64,000 nt of DNA from Roseovarius sp. Its GTDB lineage: Bacteria > Pseudomonadota > Alphaproteobacteria > Rhodobacterales > Rhodobacteraceae. The stretch is from assembly GCA_045106595.1 (NCBI GenBank), contig JBGCEW010000012.1, forward strand, positions 220,113 through 284,112, in the 5' to 3' direction. The position numbers and the translations under genes were made by a program. Positions 10,298-20,231 of the stretch are shown here, one piece after another (position 1 is the first letter of the stretch; each line of letters starts with the position of its first letter). A model generated the notes under the pieces. That model did no database searches. It was not told the origin of the DNA and saw only the letters and a program-made list of their open reading frames with translations.

Positions 10298-10840
10298 TTA
10301 CTCCAATCCGAAGGGTTTATCGACGCCAATTAAAACGGCGTAAAGATCAGCGATCAGTTGCAGCAATAGCAACCCAAAACCAATGGGGATCGACAGATAG
10401 GGTATCCACAGACGCACACCCCAAACTGTGTCTGATTTCCAGTTCCTCTCATAGGCGAAATGCCAGTACTCATAGCCGTACCACAGCATCACCGAGATAA
10501 TTCCGATGGACAGGATTGAAGTGATCATAAACATCACGAACCGGGCCTTGCGGGGCAGGGCCAATGGGATCAGATCAACATTCACATGCCCGCGCAGGCG
10601 TTGCACATACGGCAGGCCAATCAGCGTGGCGGCGATCACCAGATAGATCACGGCCTCGGTCTGCCAGATGGTCGATCCGTTCATCACAAACCTAATCCAG
10701 ATCATCTGGCAGGTGATGGCAACGGCCGCGACAATCATGCCGGCTGAACACCATCCCGCCAGTGTCGACAGGGCCGCAACGGCGCGCAGGAACAGGTTGC
10801 CTCCGGTCTGCGCTTCGCGAGCTGAGCTTTGCGTGGCCAT
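10298..10840 (-). CDS. TRAP transporter small permease DctQ
   Basis: 4 TM helices, GHVNVDLI motif, lies between DctP and DctM. Confidence 0.9.
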   Translation of the reverse strand: MATQSSAREAQTGGNLFLRAVAALSTLAGWCSAGMIVAAVAITCQMIWIRFVMNGSTIWQTEAVIYLVIAATLIGLPYVQRLRGHVNVDLIPLALPRKARFVMFMITSILSIGIISVMLWYGYEYWHFAYERNWKSDTVWGVRLWIPYLSIPIGFGLLLLQLIADLYAVLIGVDKPFGLE

Positions 10841-10875
10841 GCGGACCTCCGAGTGTGTGGGGAATCAATGAAAAG

Positions 10876-10904
10876 CGCCGGGGCAGGTCAAGCCCACCCC
10901 GGCG
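10876..10904 (-). terminator. stem-loop between dctP and dctQ
   Basis: CGCCGGGG...CCCCGGCG inverted repeat followed by CTTTT on the minus strand. Confidence 0.65.
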
Positions 10905-10911
10905 TTGGTTC

Positions 10912-11898
10912 TTATTCGACAGACAGCGCCATATCGAGCAGTTCCTGACCGCCTTCAACCTCTTCCACGAAGAGCTTGTACGACGTGTCCTGCGCCAGTG
11001 AGCGCCAGGCTTCAAAGTCCTCAGCACTCATGTCAGCAATCTCGACACCGGCTTCTTTGAAGACAGCGGCAGATGCCGCATCCTGCTTTTTAGCCTCTTC
11101 GATATAGAACGCCTCGGCTTTGGCGGCTGCCGCTGTCAGCGCGTTTTGCTGATCTTCGGTCAAACCTTCAAAGGTGGATTTGTTCATCAACAGGGGCTGA
11201 TACATAAACCACAGCGCAAAGTCGCTGGCCGGGGTGTAGCACGACACCTGCTCATAAATCCGGTAGGACACAAAAGATGATGACGATGTGTTTGCGGCTT
11301 GCAGGACGCCGGTTTGCATCGCGTTGTAGATCTCGGATGATGCCATCGAAGCGATCGACGCACCAGCACCGGCCAGCATCTGTTCAAATGCTTTACCGGC
11401 GGCACGCGTTTGCAAACCTGCTACATCGTCAGGGGCCGTGATACACTTGTCTTTGCCAACAAACCCACCGGCCAGATAGCCGTGCACCAGAACCATAACG
11501 TCATCTTCGGCCATCTTCTCTTCGATCTTGGCCATGAAATCGCTTTCGTTCAGACGCGCGGCATGGTCGTGGTTTTTCACCAGACCGGGCATCAGCGTCA
11601 GGTTGAACGCAGGCTGCTGTCCACCAGCATAGCTGAGCGGGAACACGGTCATGTCCAGCTGACCACGGCTCAGCGGCTTGTACTGCTCACGCGGTTTGAA
11701 CAACGACTTCGAGCCAAAAATCTTGATCTCCAGGTCAACATCGGCAGCCGCCACATCGTCGGCCACCATCTGTGCCACCTGGTGGCGGATGTCTTTGTTA
11801 GACCACTGATGCGACAGGCGCAGTTCGGTTGCGGTTGCCATGGCACCCAGTGACGTCAGCGCCAGTGCGGCGGCAGCTGTCTTAAGAATGGATTTCAT
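10912..11898 (-). CDS. TRAP transporter substrate-binding protein DctP
   Basis: Signal peptide MKSILKTAAAALAL, LRLSHQW, GLQTRAAG, SEIYNAMQTGV. Confidence 0.92.
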   Translation of the reverse strand: MKSILKTAAAALALTSLGAMATATELRLSHQWSNKDIRHQVAQMVADDVAAADVDLEIKIFGSKSLFKPREQYKPLSRGQLDMTVFPLSYAGGQQPAFNLTLMPGLVKNHDHAARLNESDFMAKIEEKMAEDDVMVLVHGYLAGGFVGKDKCITAPDDVAGLQTRAAGKAFEQMLAGAGASIASMASSEIYNAMQTGVLQAANTSSSSFVSYRIYEQVSCYTPASDFALWFMYQPLLMNKSTFEGLTEDQQNALTAAAAKAEAFYIEEAKKQDAASAAVFKEAGVEIADMSAEDFEAWRSLAQDTSYKLFVEEVEGGQELLDMALSVE

Positions 11899-11981
11899 AT
11901 TGTCCTCCCAAAAAATAGAATCCTGCCCGGAAACGACCGGGAATTCGAATAGGGTAGGCTGTGTGTATTTTAAGTCAAGTT

Positions 11982-11995
11982 TTTTGTATACAAGA
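11982..11995. promoter_or_regulatory. GntR/MatR-type operator palindrome TTGTATACAA
   Basis: Perfect 10-bp palindrome at 11984-11993 between the divergent dctP and gntR starts; reverse complement TCTTGTATACAAAA resembles the MatR operator I recall from Rhizobium. Confidence 0.7.
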
Positions 11996-12039
11996 AATCC
12001 CGTATTGAATTTTATGCCCAAGCACGTATCTTGTACTCC

Positions 12040-12696
12040 ATGGAGAAACGCCACGCCGATATCATTGCTGCCGAACTGGAGGAACGTATCTTCGACGGCA
12101 CCTTCGCCGATGGCGATCGTCTGGACGAAGTGCGGCTGGCCGATCACTTTGGCGTCTCCCGCACCCCCCTGCGCGAGGCCATTCAACGGCTGGCCAAATC
12201 CGGCCTGGTCGAGTTGATCCCCCGGCGCGGCGCCTTTGTGCGCCAGCCCGGCCCGGTGGAATTGATCGAGATGTTTGAAGTCATGGCCGAATTGGAAGCC
12301 GCCTGCGGGCGATTGGCCGCCAAACGCATTTCCGATGACGCCCTTGCGGATTTACGCGATGCCAACATCAACTGCGAAGCAGCCGTCGCCGCGCAGGACA
12401 GTGCTGCATACTACGCCGAGAACGAGCGGTTTCATCAGATCATCTATGCACAATCCGGCAACACGTTTCTGGCCAAGCAAACCAGCAACCTGCATCGTCG
12501 CCTTAAACCCTTTCGCCGCCAGCAACTGAAATTGCGTGGCAGGCTGGCCCAATCCATGGCCGAACATAAAGCGATTGTAACAGCACTTGAGCACGGTCAG
12601 TCCGACACCGCAGCAACCGCCCTTCGCGAGCATGTCGCCATTCAGGGCGAAAAGTTCCACAATTTGATGGCAACGTTGAAAAAGGCGGCCGAGTAA
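12040..12696 (+). CDS. GntR (FadR/FCD) family regulator of the malonate cluster
   Basis: LDEVRLADHFGVSRTPLREAIQRL HTH plus FCD domain (NERFHQII, EHKAIV); divergent from the TRAP-mat operon. Confidence 0.92.
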   Translation: MEKRHADIIAAELEERIFDGTFADGDRLDEVRLADHFGVSRTPLREAIQRLAKSGLVELIPRRGAFVRQPGPVELIEMFEVMAELEAACGRLAAKRISDDALADLRDANINCEAAVAAQDSAAYYAENERFHQIIYAQSGNTFLAKQTSNLHRRLKPFRRQQLKLRGRLAQSMAEHKAIVTALEHGQSDTAATALREHVAIQGEKFHNLMATLKKAAE

Positions 12697-12755
12697 GCCA
12701 GGCACGCCCGCGCCCAACGCGACCGCAGACACCATATCATCAGTATTAAAGAAAG

Positions 12756-12831
12756 TGGTGAGCCGTGTAGGGTTCGAACCTACGACCTACTGATTAAAAG
12801 TCAGTTGCTCTACCAACTGAGCTAACGGCCC
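12756..12831 (-). tRNA. tRNA-Lys (anticodon TTT)
   Basis: Reverse complement GGGCCGTTAGCTCAGTTGGTAGAGCAACTGACTTTTAATCAGTAGGTCGTAGGTTCGAACCCTACACGGCTCACCA. Confidence 0.96.
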
Positions 12832-12938
12832 ACTAGGTGGCGTATCTAGAAAGACCCACGCGCCCGGTCAACCCCGAATCGTGAGGATTTTCAGGTGAAT
12901 GCTGGATTCATGAGGCACCTGGGTTTATATGCCGCAGA

Positions 12939-13772
12939 ATGGTACAGGATGACCGCATAGGATTGCCCTTCATGAAGATGCACGGGCTGGGCAACGACTT
13001 TGTCGTGCTGGACGGGCGCGCGCGCGATATTGCTGTGTCGTCGGCCTTTGCGGTGGCCATTGGTAACCGCCGGACGGGCATCGGGTTTGACCAGCTGGCC
13101 TTGATCGAAAACGGCAAGGGCGATGCGCATCTGACATTTTGGAACACCGATGGATCCAAATCAGCCGCCTGTGGCAACGCCACCCGCTGTATCGCACGGT
13201 TTTTGATGAATGAGACAGGCAAGTCCGATCTGCACCTGACCACCGAGCGCGGCGATCTGCGCGCTGTTGATGCTGGCGGTGGTCTGACATCGGTCAATAT
13301 GGGTCAGCCACAACTGGACTGGGCTGATATTCCACTGGCCGAAGCGATGGACACCTTGGAGCTGCCGATAGAAGGCGCCCCTACGGCCACGGGCATAGGC
13401 AATCCGCATTGCAGTTTCTTTGTTGAGGATGCCGAGGCGATCCCCCTGGACACCTTTGGCCCACGTTACGAACATCACCCGCTTTATCCCGAACGCACCA
13501 ATGTGCAGGTGGTCAGCATCATCGGCCCCGATCACCTGCGCATGCGTGTGTGGGAACGGGGCGCGGGGCTGACACTGGCTTCGGGGTCGTCCTCGTGTGC
13601 CGTGGCCGTGGCCGCCCATCGCCGTGGCCTGACCGGGCGTAAAGTTCAGATTGATCTGGACGGCGGTACGATCCATGTGGATTGGCGCGACGATGGCGTT
13701 TGGATGACCGGCCCCACCACTCATGTCTGTGACGGTGTGATCACCGGCGATTACCTCAGGGCGCTGGGATGA
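12939..13772 (+). CDS. dapF: diaminopimelate epimerase (second catalytic Cys replaced by Ser)
   Basis: FMKMHGLGNDFVV, NTDGS..ACGNATRC, GNPHC, PERTNV, VWERGAG.TLASGSSSCA; dapF-mtaB synteny. Confidence 0.85.
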   Translation: MVQDDRIGLPFMKMHGLGNDFVVLDGRARDIAVSSAFAVAIGNRRTGIGFDQLALIENGKGDAHLTFWNTDGSKSAACGNATRCIARFLMNETGKSDLHLTTERGDLRAVDAGGGLTSVNMGQPQLDWADIPLAEAMDTLELPIEGAPTATGIGNPHCSFFVEDAEAIPLDTFGPRYEHHPLYPERTNVQVVSIIGPDHLRMRVWERGAGLTLASGSSSCAVAVAAHRRGLTGRKVQIDLDGGTIHVDWRDDGVWMTGPTTHVCDGVITGDYLRALG

Positions 13773-15025
13773 GCGCGCCCAAATTCACAACGCTGGGCTG
13801 TCGGCTGAACGCCTATGAGACCGAAGCCATGAAAGAGCTGAGCCAAATGGCAGGGCTGGACAATGCAGTGGTGATCAATACCTGCGCTGTCACCGCCGAG
13901 GCCGTGCGCAAGGCCCGTCAGGAAATTCGAAAGCTGCGCCGCGAAAACCCACACGCGCGGCTGATCGTCACCGGATGTGCGGCCCAGACCGAACCTCAGA
14001 CCTTTCAGGCCATGGATGAAGTCGATGCAATCATCGGCAACACCGAGAAAATGCAGCCCGCCACCTGGGCTGGCCTCGCCGCCGATTTCATTGGTGCGTC
14101 TGAGGTGCCTCAGGTGGATGACATCATGTCGGTCACGGAAACCGCGGGCCATCTGATCGACGGGTTCGGCACCCGCAGTCGCGCTTATGTGCAGGTGCAA
14201 AACGGCTGTGATCACCGCTGCACCTTTTGCATCATCCCATATGGCCGTGGCAATTCGCGCAGCGTGCCCGCCGGTGTCGTGGTGGACCAGATCAAACGCC
14301 TTGTTGACCGCGGCTATAACGAAGTGGTGCTGACTGGCGTCGATCTGACCAGCTGGGGTGCTGATCTGCCGTCCGAGCCCAAACTGGGCGATCTGGTCAT
14401 GCGCATTTTGCGGCTCGTACCTGATCTGCCGCGCCTGCGGATATCGTCGATCGACAGCATTGAGGTGGATGACAACCTGATGCTGGCCATCGCATCGGAG
14501 CCCCGCCTGATGCCGCATCTGCACCTCAGCTTGCAGCATGGTGATGACCTGATCCTGAAACGGATGAAACGCCGCCACCTGCGCGATGATGCCATCCGGT
14601 TTTCCGAAGAGGCGCGCAAACTGCGCCCCGATATGACCTTTGGTGCCGATATCATCGCAGGCTTTCCAACGGAAACCGAAGCGCATTTTGAGAACTCACT
14701 GCGACTGGTTGAGGACTGCGCCCTGACATGGCTGCACGTCTTTCCCTACTCCAAGCGCGAAGGCACACCGGCGGCGAAAATCCCCAATCAGGTGAACGGC
14801 AATGTGATCAAAGAACGCGCAGCACGGCTGCGGACAGCAGGGCAGGCCCGCGTCACGCGGCACCTGCAAAACCAGATCGGATGCACCCATCGTGTTTTGA
14901 TGGAAAATCCGCGCATGGGCCGGACCGAGCAGTTTACCGAAGTCACCTTCGACGCTGATCAACCCGAAAGCCAGATCGTCACCGCCACGATCACCGGGGC
15001 GACTGACACACAGCTGACCGCATGA
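13769..15025 (+). CDS. mtaB: tRNA t6A37 methylthiotransferase
   Basis: TLGCRLNAYETE, NTCAVT, VTGCAAQ, radical-SAM CDHRCTFC, HVFPYSKREGT. Confidence 0.93.
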   Translation: MSAPKFTTLGCRLNAYETEAMKELSQMAGLDNAVVINTCAVTAEAVRKARQEIRKLRRENPHARLIVTGCAAQTEPQTFQAMDEVDAIIGNTEKMQPATWAGLAADFIGASEVPQVDDIMSVTETAGHLIDGFGTRSRAYVQVQNGCDHRCTFCIIPYGRGNSRSVPAGVVVDQIKRLVDRGYNEVVLTGVDLTSWGADLPSEPKLGDLVMRILRLVPDLPRLRISSIDSIEVDDNLMLAIASEPRLMPHLHLSLQHGDDLILKRMKRRHLRDDAIRFSEEARKLRPDMTFGADIIAGFPTETEAHFENSLRLVEDCALTWLHVFPYSKREGTPAAKIPNQVNGNVIKERAARLRTAGQARVTRHLQNQIGCTHRVLMENPRMGRTEQFTEVTFDADQPESQIVTATITGATDTQLTA

Positions 15026-15032
15026 GCCAATC

Positions 15033-15683
15033 ATGAGCTTACCTGTCCTGTGGTCTTTTCGCCGTTGTCCTTACGCGATGCGCGCGCGGTTAGCGGTGGC
15101 CTCGGCGGGGATCCCCTGCGATCTGCGCGAGGTGGTGCTGCGCGACAAACCCGGCGCGTTCCTCGACACCTCGCCCAGCGGCACGGTGCCCTGCCTGAAC
15201 ACCGGCACCACCGTGATCGACGAAAGCCGCGACATCATGCACTGGGCGCTGGCGCAATCCGATCCCGAAGGTTGGCTGGACATGCCAACATTGGGACACA
15301 GCCTGATCGACGTCTGCGACGGCGCCTTCAAGACGGCACTCGATCACTACAAATACCCTACGCGCTATGCCGGAATAGACCCGGTGGCCGAGCGGGGCAG
15401 CGCGGGCGTTTTCTTGCACGAACTGAACGCCCAATTGGGGACCACGCCCTATTTGTTTGGCCCCACGCCCAAGCTGGCCGATATGGCGATCCTGCCGTTC
15501 ATCCGCCAGGTTGCCCATGTCGATCTGGATTGGTTCACCCAACAGGACTGGACCGCAGTGACCGCCTGGCTGGACCGGTTCAAGACATCACAGACCTTTG
15601 CGCAGATCATGCACAAAATCCCACAATGGACACCCGACAGCCCGCCTTTGCCCTTTCCCGGCCCGGTCCCTGTCGCAGGCTAG
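15033..15683 (+). CDS. glutathione S-transferase family protein
   Basis: SFRRCPYAMRAR, TVPCL, ESRDIMHWAL, LADMAILPFIRQ. Confidence 0.9.
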   Translation: MSLPVLWSFRRCPYAMRARLAVASAGIPCDLREVVLRDKPGAFLDTSPSGTVPCLNTGTTVIDESRDIMHWALAQSDPEGWLDMPTLGHSLIDVCDGAFKTALDHYKYPTRYAGIDPVAERGSAGVFLHELNAQLGTTPYLFGPTPKLADMAILPFIRQVAHVDLDWFTQQDWTAVTAWLDRFKTSQTFAQIMHKIPQWTPDSPPLPFPGPVPVAG

Positions 15684-15688
15684 AGCAC

Positions 15689-15716
15689 AAAAAAACCCCG
15701 CCAACGAGGGCGGGGT
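15689..15716 (-). terminator. rho-independent terminator downstream of ccrM (converging with GST)
   Basis: ACCCCGCC-aacgag-GGCGGGGT hairpin with A7 tract on the + strand (U-tract on -). Confidence 0.75.
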
Positions 15717-15774
15717 ATAGTTGATGCCGTGGTCAGGCCACAGGCACCGGCGGTGTTCGCAAAATGTGTTGAAT

Positions 15775-16974
<1,200 letters not shown>

Positions 16975-16976
<2 letters not shown>

Positions 16977-17607
16977 AGCGTGTTACACTTTTATCTTGAT
17001 ACAAGATGTTGTGTACGGGCTTGAATGAACGTCTATGGTGTGGGGTTACCCCGAGATTTTGCAGCGCCTCTCTGTGGCTTTTCGACGGATAACCGGCGTT
17101 CGTCTCCCAGCCATAACCCGGGTAGTGTTGCGCCAACTCCCACATGACATAATCCCGACCTATTTTGGCCATACTTGAGGCCGCCGAAATCGACTGCGAA
17201 CGCGCATCTCCCTTGATAATGGCCTGTGCCGGAATGGTCAGACCGCGCGGGATCATGTTGCCATCGATCAAAACCTCATCCGGAACACGTGGCAGGCCCG
17301 CAATCGCACGCTCCATTGCCAGATGCGATGCGCGCAGGATGTTCAGCTCGTCGATTTCTTCGACCGAAGCATGTGCGATGCAGACCTCGGCGCTGGACAT
17401 GATCTGATCATACAAGACGGCACGACGCTTTGCGGTCAGTTTTTTGGAATCGTTCAAACCATCGGGGATGTTATCGGGGTCCAGGATGACAGCGGCGGCA
17501 GTCACCGGGCCCGCAAGAGGCCCACGGCCCACCTCATCCACACCTGCAATGACACGCACACCGCGTGCCATAGCCTCACTCTCAAGGGAAAAATCGGGTC
17601 CTGACAT
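16975..17607 (-). CDS. rnhB: ribonuclease HII
   Basis: AGVDEVGRGPLAGPV, LNDSKKL, IDGN, KGDARS.SI.AAS.AK..RD, NAGYPSKSH. Confidence 0.95.
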
Positions 17608-17642
17608 GGTCATGCTTGTCACATACGACCGTGTCATATGCA

Positions 17643-17670
17643 AAGGGGACGGTCCGAAAACCGCCCCCTT
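17643..17670. terminator. GC hairpin downstream of the exported-protein gene
   Basis: AAGGGG.CGG...CCG.CCCCTT inverted repeat. Confidence 0.5.
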
Positions 17671-17692
17671 CGACTGCTCTTAATTCTCAGAT

Positions 17693-18145
17693 TTAGTGCA
17701 GGCGGGCCAGGCTATAGCCCTGATTGCGCAGGCAGCGACCGCCAAAGATCACACGTTTTTTGTTTGTCTGAGGATCGCGGATCTTAATTTTGCAATGCTG
17801 CGGCAGCGCCTGAACGTTTACATTGTGACGTTTCAGACATCCGCGCGCCAGACCGCGCACTTTGTGACCTTGCAGATTGCGAACCACCTTGCACTTCGCT
17901 GGCAGCAGTCTTGGGTTATGATAGACGGTGGGGGCTGTGTACCCGTGGTTATTGTAATAATACTGCTGTTGCGCCTTGCGCTTGCGCTTCTTCTTACTCT
18001 CTTGATTGATGGCAAGACCGATGATGGCCAGGGCGGCCGCACCTGCGATCCATTTTTCAGTGTCATCGGCGCGGGCGGGGGCAGCACTGAAGCCGGTGAC
18101 GGCCACAGCGGCAGACAGGACGAGGGCGATAAATGTGCGGTGCAT
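17693..18145 (-). CDS. exported basic hypothetical protein with 2x LPxxC...CL repeat
   Basis: Signal peptide ending APARA, hydrophobic stretch, KKKRKRK, two Cys-paired repeats. Confidence 0.75.
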   Translation of the reverse strand: MHRTFIALVLSAAVAVTGFSAAPARADDTEKWIAGAAALAIIGLAINQESKKKRKRKAQQQYYYNNHGYTAPTVYHNPRLLPAKCKVVRNLQGHKVRGLARGCLKRHNVNVQALPQHCKIKIRDPQTNKKRVIFGGRCLRNQGYSLARLH

Positions 18146-18334
18146 GATGTGTATCCTTTCAATCATGGTGTGGGGGGCCCTAGCAGCAGGGCGTTGTCCC
18201 GGATGAAACCAAGATGGGGCATCCCCCGAAAGTCAGGCAATAACGCGGCGTTGCTATCCAATAACCCCAGGCAAATAAGCCTTTGGCGTGGCTTGGTTAT
18301 TGAATAGCCGAGCAGTTCAGCGCATGTTCTGCCC

Positions 18335-18583
18335 ATGACACGCAAAACACTCATCCCCGCCGCTTTGGTGCTTGGCACCGTTCTCAGCGGCACGGTCACA
18401 CAGGCGCAAGCCGCCTGCATGGCCGAGTACAAAGCCAAACGGGACAATCCGCTTGAGCTTTATTATGATGTGGCCCAGATCCCTGGCCCGTGCACGCAGG
18501 CGAATGCCACAGCGCAGCTACAGGCGATGCTGGCCGCGCAAGGCCTGACCTTGTTGAAAGTTCTATCCGTCACGGAGAGTTAA
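18335..18583 (+). CDS. small exported protein with two Cys
   Basis: Signal peptide MTRKTLIPAALVLGTVLSGTVTQAQA; mature ~56 aa; stop 2 nt before next start. Confidence 0.75.
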   Translation: MTRKTLIPAALVLGTVLSGTVTQAQAACMAEYKAKRDNPLELYYDVAQIPGPCTQANATAQLQAMLAAQGLTLLKVLSVTES

Positions 18584-18585
18584 GC

Positions 18586-19290
18586 GTGAACGACTTAAAC
18601 AGTACTGCCGCATATGCACGCCGCTCGGGCAACCGGGTGGTGGTGTTTGGGCTGGGGGCCGTAGTGGCCATTTTGGTCCTGACAGCTGTGTTCTTGTTCA
18701 TCAGCCTGCCTGACGCCAATGCCTTCAATGCACGGGTCGAACGGATTTTTGTGGAAAACGATCTGCTGACGTCGGATGCCGAATTGAAACTGCTTGAAAT
18801 TCTGGCGCTCTCAGGGACTGCGTTTTCAGAAACCCTGATCAGTTACCGAATGGTGATCTTTGTTCTGCTGGTCTTTGCTGCGGCCCTTTTGGTGGCAGCA
18901 CTGGTATTTCTGATCATGCTGATCACCATGAACCGTCGCATGGCGCAGATTGAACGTGCGGGTATTCAGGTCAGCAGCCTGCTGATCAGCCGCGAGGAAA
19001 AGACCGTCTATCTGAACAACATGGGCTTCAAGCTGACCGATGCGGCGATGGAAACCCTGGCCGTGTTGGCCGAGGCACGCATGGATGATGATGTGATGTC
19101 AGGCGCCGAGATTGAAGGGGTCATTTCAGGCCGCTCTGCCAGCGATTGCGAAGAGGCAGCAGGTGCCACCCGCATCAAGCGTCTGCGCGATGCGCTGGGC
19201 AACCAGATGGTGACCGAGTTGCTGGTCAAAAACATTGCCCGCAAAGGGTATATGCTGGCCATCGACAAGGACGTGATCAAGGTCATCTAA
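18586..19290 (+). CDS. membrane-anchored transcriptional regulator (2 TM + C-terminal OmpR/PhoB-type winged helix)
   Basis: Two hydrophobic helices flanking ~45 aa loop; C-terminal LTDAAMETLAVLAE...TRIKRLRDALG...VKNIARKGYML; no REC domain; GTG start. Confidence 0.75.
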   Translation: MNDLNSTAAYARRSGNRVVVFGLGAVVAILVLTAVFLFISLPDANAFNARVERIFVENDLLTSDAELKLLEILALSGTAFSETLISYRMVIFVLLVFAAALLVAALVFLIMLITMNRRMAQIERAGIQVSSLLISREEKTVYLNNMGFKLTDAAMETLAVLAEARMDDDVMSGAEIEGVISGRSASDCEEAAGATRIKRLRDALGNQMVTELLVKNIARKGYMLAIDKDVIKVI

Positions 19291-19404
19291 AGTCTGTTTT
19301 TGTGGCAGATGCCCGCCCGCCTCCCCCTTCGGCGCGTGCCGCGCCTGTGACCAAAGGAGGCGCGCTGCGCGCGGTTCACCCATATCGTGCCGCGGCCAGG
19401 GCCG

Positions 19405-19884
19405 CTAATGCAGCGTCATCGGTCGGTCGGGCGACTGAGCCGTAGCGCGGCACTGGGCAAGCCGCATGCGTTTTAACATAAGGCCAAAGCGTGCCGCCAG
19501 TTCTGTGACCAGCGGCGCCATGTCAGGGCGCACAAGAAGCGTGGCCATCAACATGGCATCCTCGCGCGCGCCCTCAGCAGCGGTGGCAATGAAATTGGCA
19601 AAGCACGCCTCGTCTGCGCCTAGACAATTGCACATGACCGCATGGCGCATCAGCGGACGCCGGGCATGCGTTTGGCAGATATCACACAGCGCATCAAAGC
19701 TGTCCTGCGCACGTTGCCCGGCATCTGCCCCCAAGGCCAATGTCCAATCGTGATTGATCTGAGAGCGGCCTGCATCGCCTTCCCGCCATAATCGAAGATA
19801 CAGAACTGCGGCGGCACGCGTGGCATCCAGTTCACTGACATATCCCACAGGCGCGCCCCCGGGGAACGGGCTTTGAACGCTCAT
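19405..19884 (-). CDS. conserved hypothetical protein (HxxxCxC motif) coupled to hemP
   Basis: ATGA overlap with hemP stop; RRPLMRHAVMCNCLGADEACF. Confidence 0.75.
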   Translation of the reverse strand: MSVQSPFPGGAPVGYVSELDATRAAAVLYLRLWREGDAGRSQINHDWTLALGADAGQRAQDSFDALCDICQTHARRPLMRHAVMCNCLGADEACFANFIATAAEGAREDAMLMATLLVRPDMAPLVTELAARFGLMLKRMRLAQCRATAQSPDRPMTLH

Positions 19885-20051
19885 TTGGTCAGGATCAGTT
19901 TGCCCGCACGGGTGATGCGCAGGGTGTAAATCTGATCGCCCAGAATAATCTGCGCCTGCGTGCCATTTTGGGTCAGGTCAGTCGCACTATAAGAGGGGTA
20001 TTGAGCCACAACAGCTTGCTGCGTGATATCGGGAACCGCGTGATAACTCAT
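19881..20051 (-). CDS. hemP: hemin uptake protein HemP/HmuP
   Basis: AQIILGDQIYTLRITRAGKLILTK is the HemP C-terminal signature; GGAAG RBS upstream. Confidence 0.9.
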   Translation of the reverse strand: MSYHAVPDITQQAVVAQYPSYSATDLTQNGTQAQIILGDQIYTLRITRAGKLILTK

Positions 20052-20211
20052 GAGGTCTTCCTTCCGGTTTTGTCCGGATCGCCCTGACGCGCGCCTTAGC
20101 ACGGTAACAGAACCATCCTTTCATCACATGAATGTCAGGCTTGCCCATAGGGGTGCTGGGGTGGCTGGACCTATGCTGCGATCATGGCGCAGGAGGCGGT
20201 GATGAGTCAGT

Positions 20212-20228
20212 CTGATAATTTTGGTCAG
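20212..20228. promoter_or_regulatory. Iron-Rhodo-box-like palindrome upstream of hemP
   Basis: CTGATAATTTTGGTCAG (17 bp, CTGA...TCAG) resembles the Rhodobacteraceae iron box CTGAcTrawtyagTCAG as I recall it. Confidence 0.65.
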
Positions 20229-20231
20229 GAA

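Noticed and set aside
11899-12186. N-terminal extension of DctP in the ORF track
   Set aside because: Overlaps gntR antisense; signal peptide and GGGAGG RBS point to 11898
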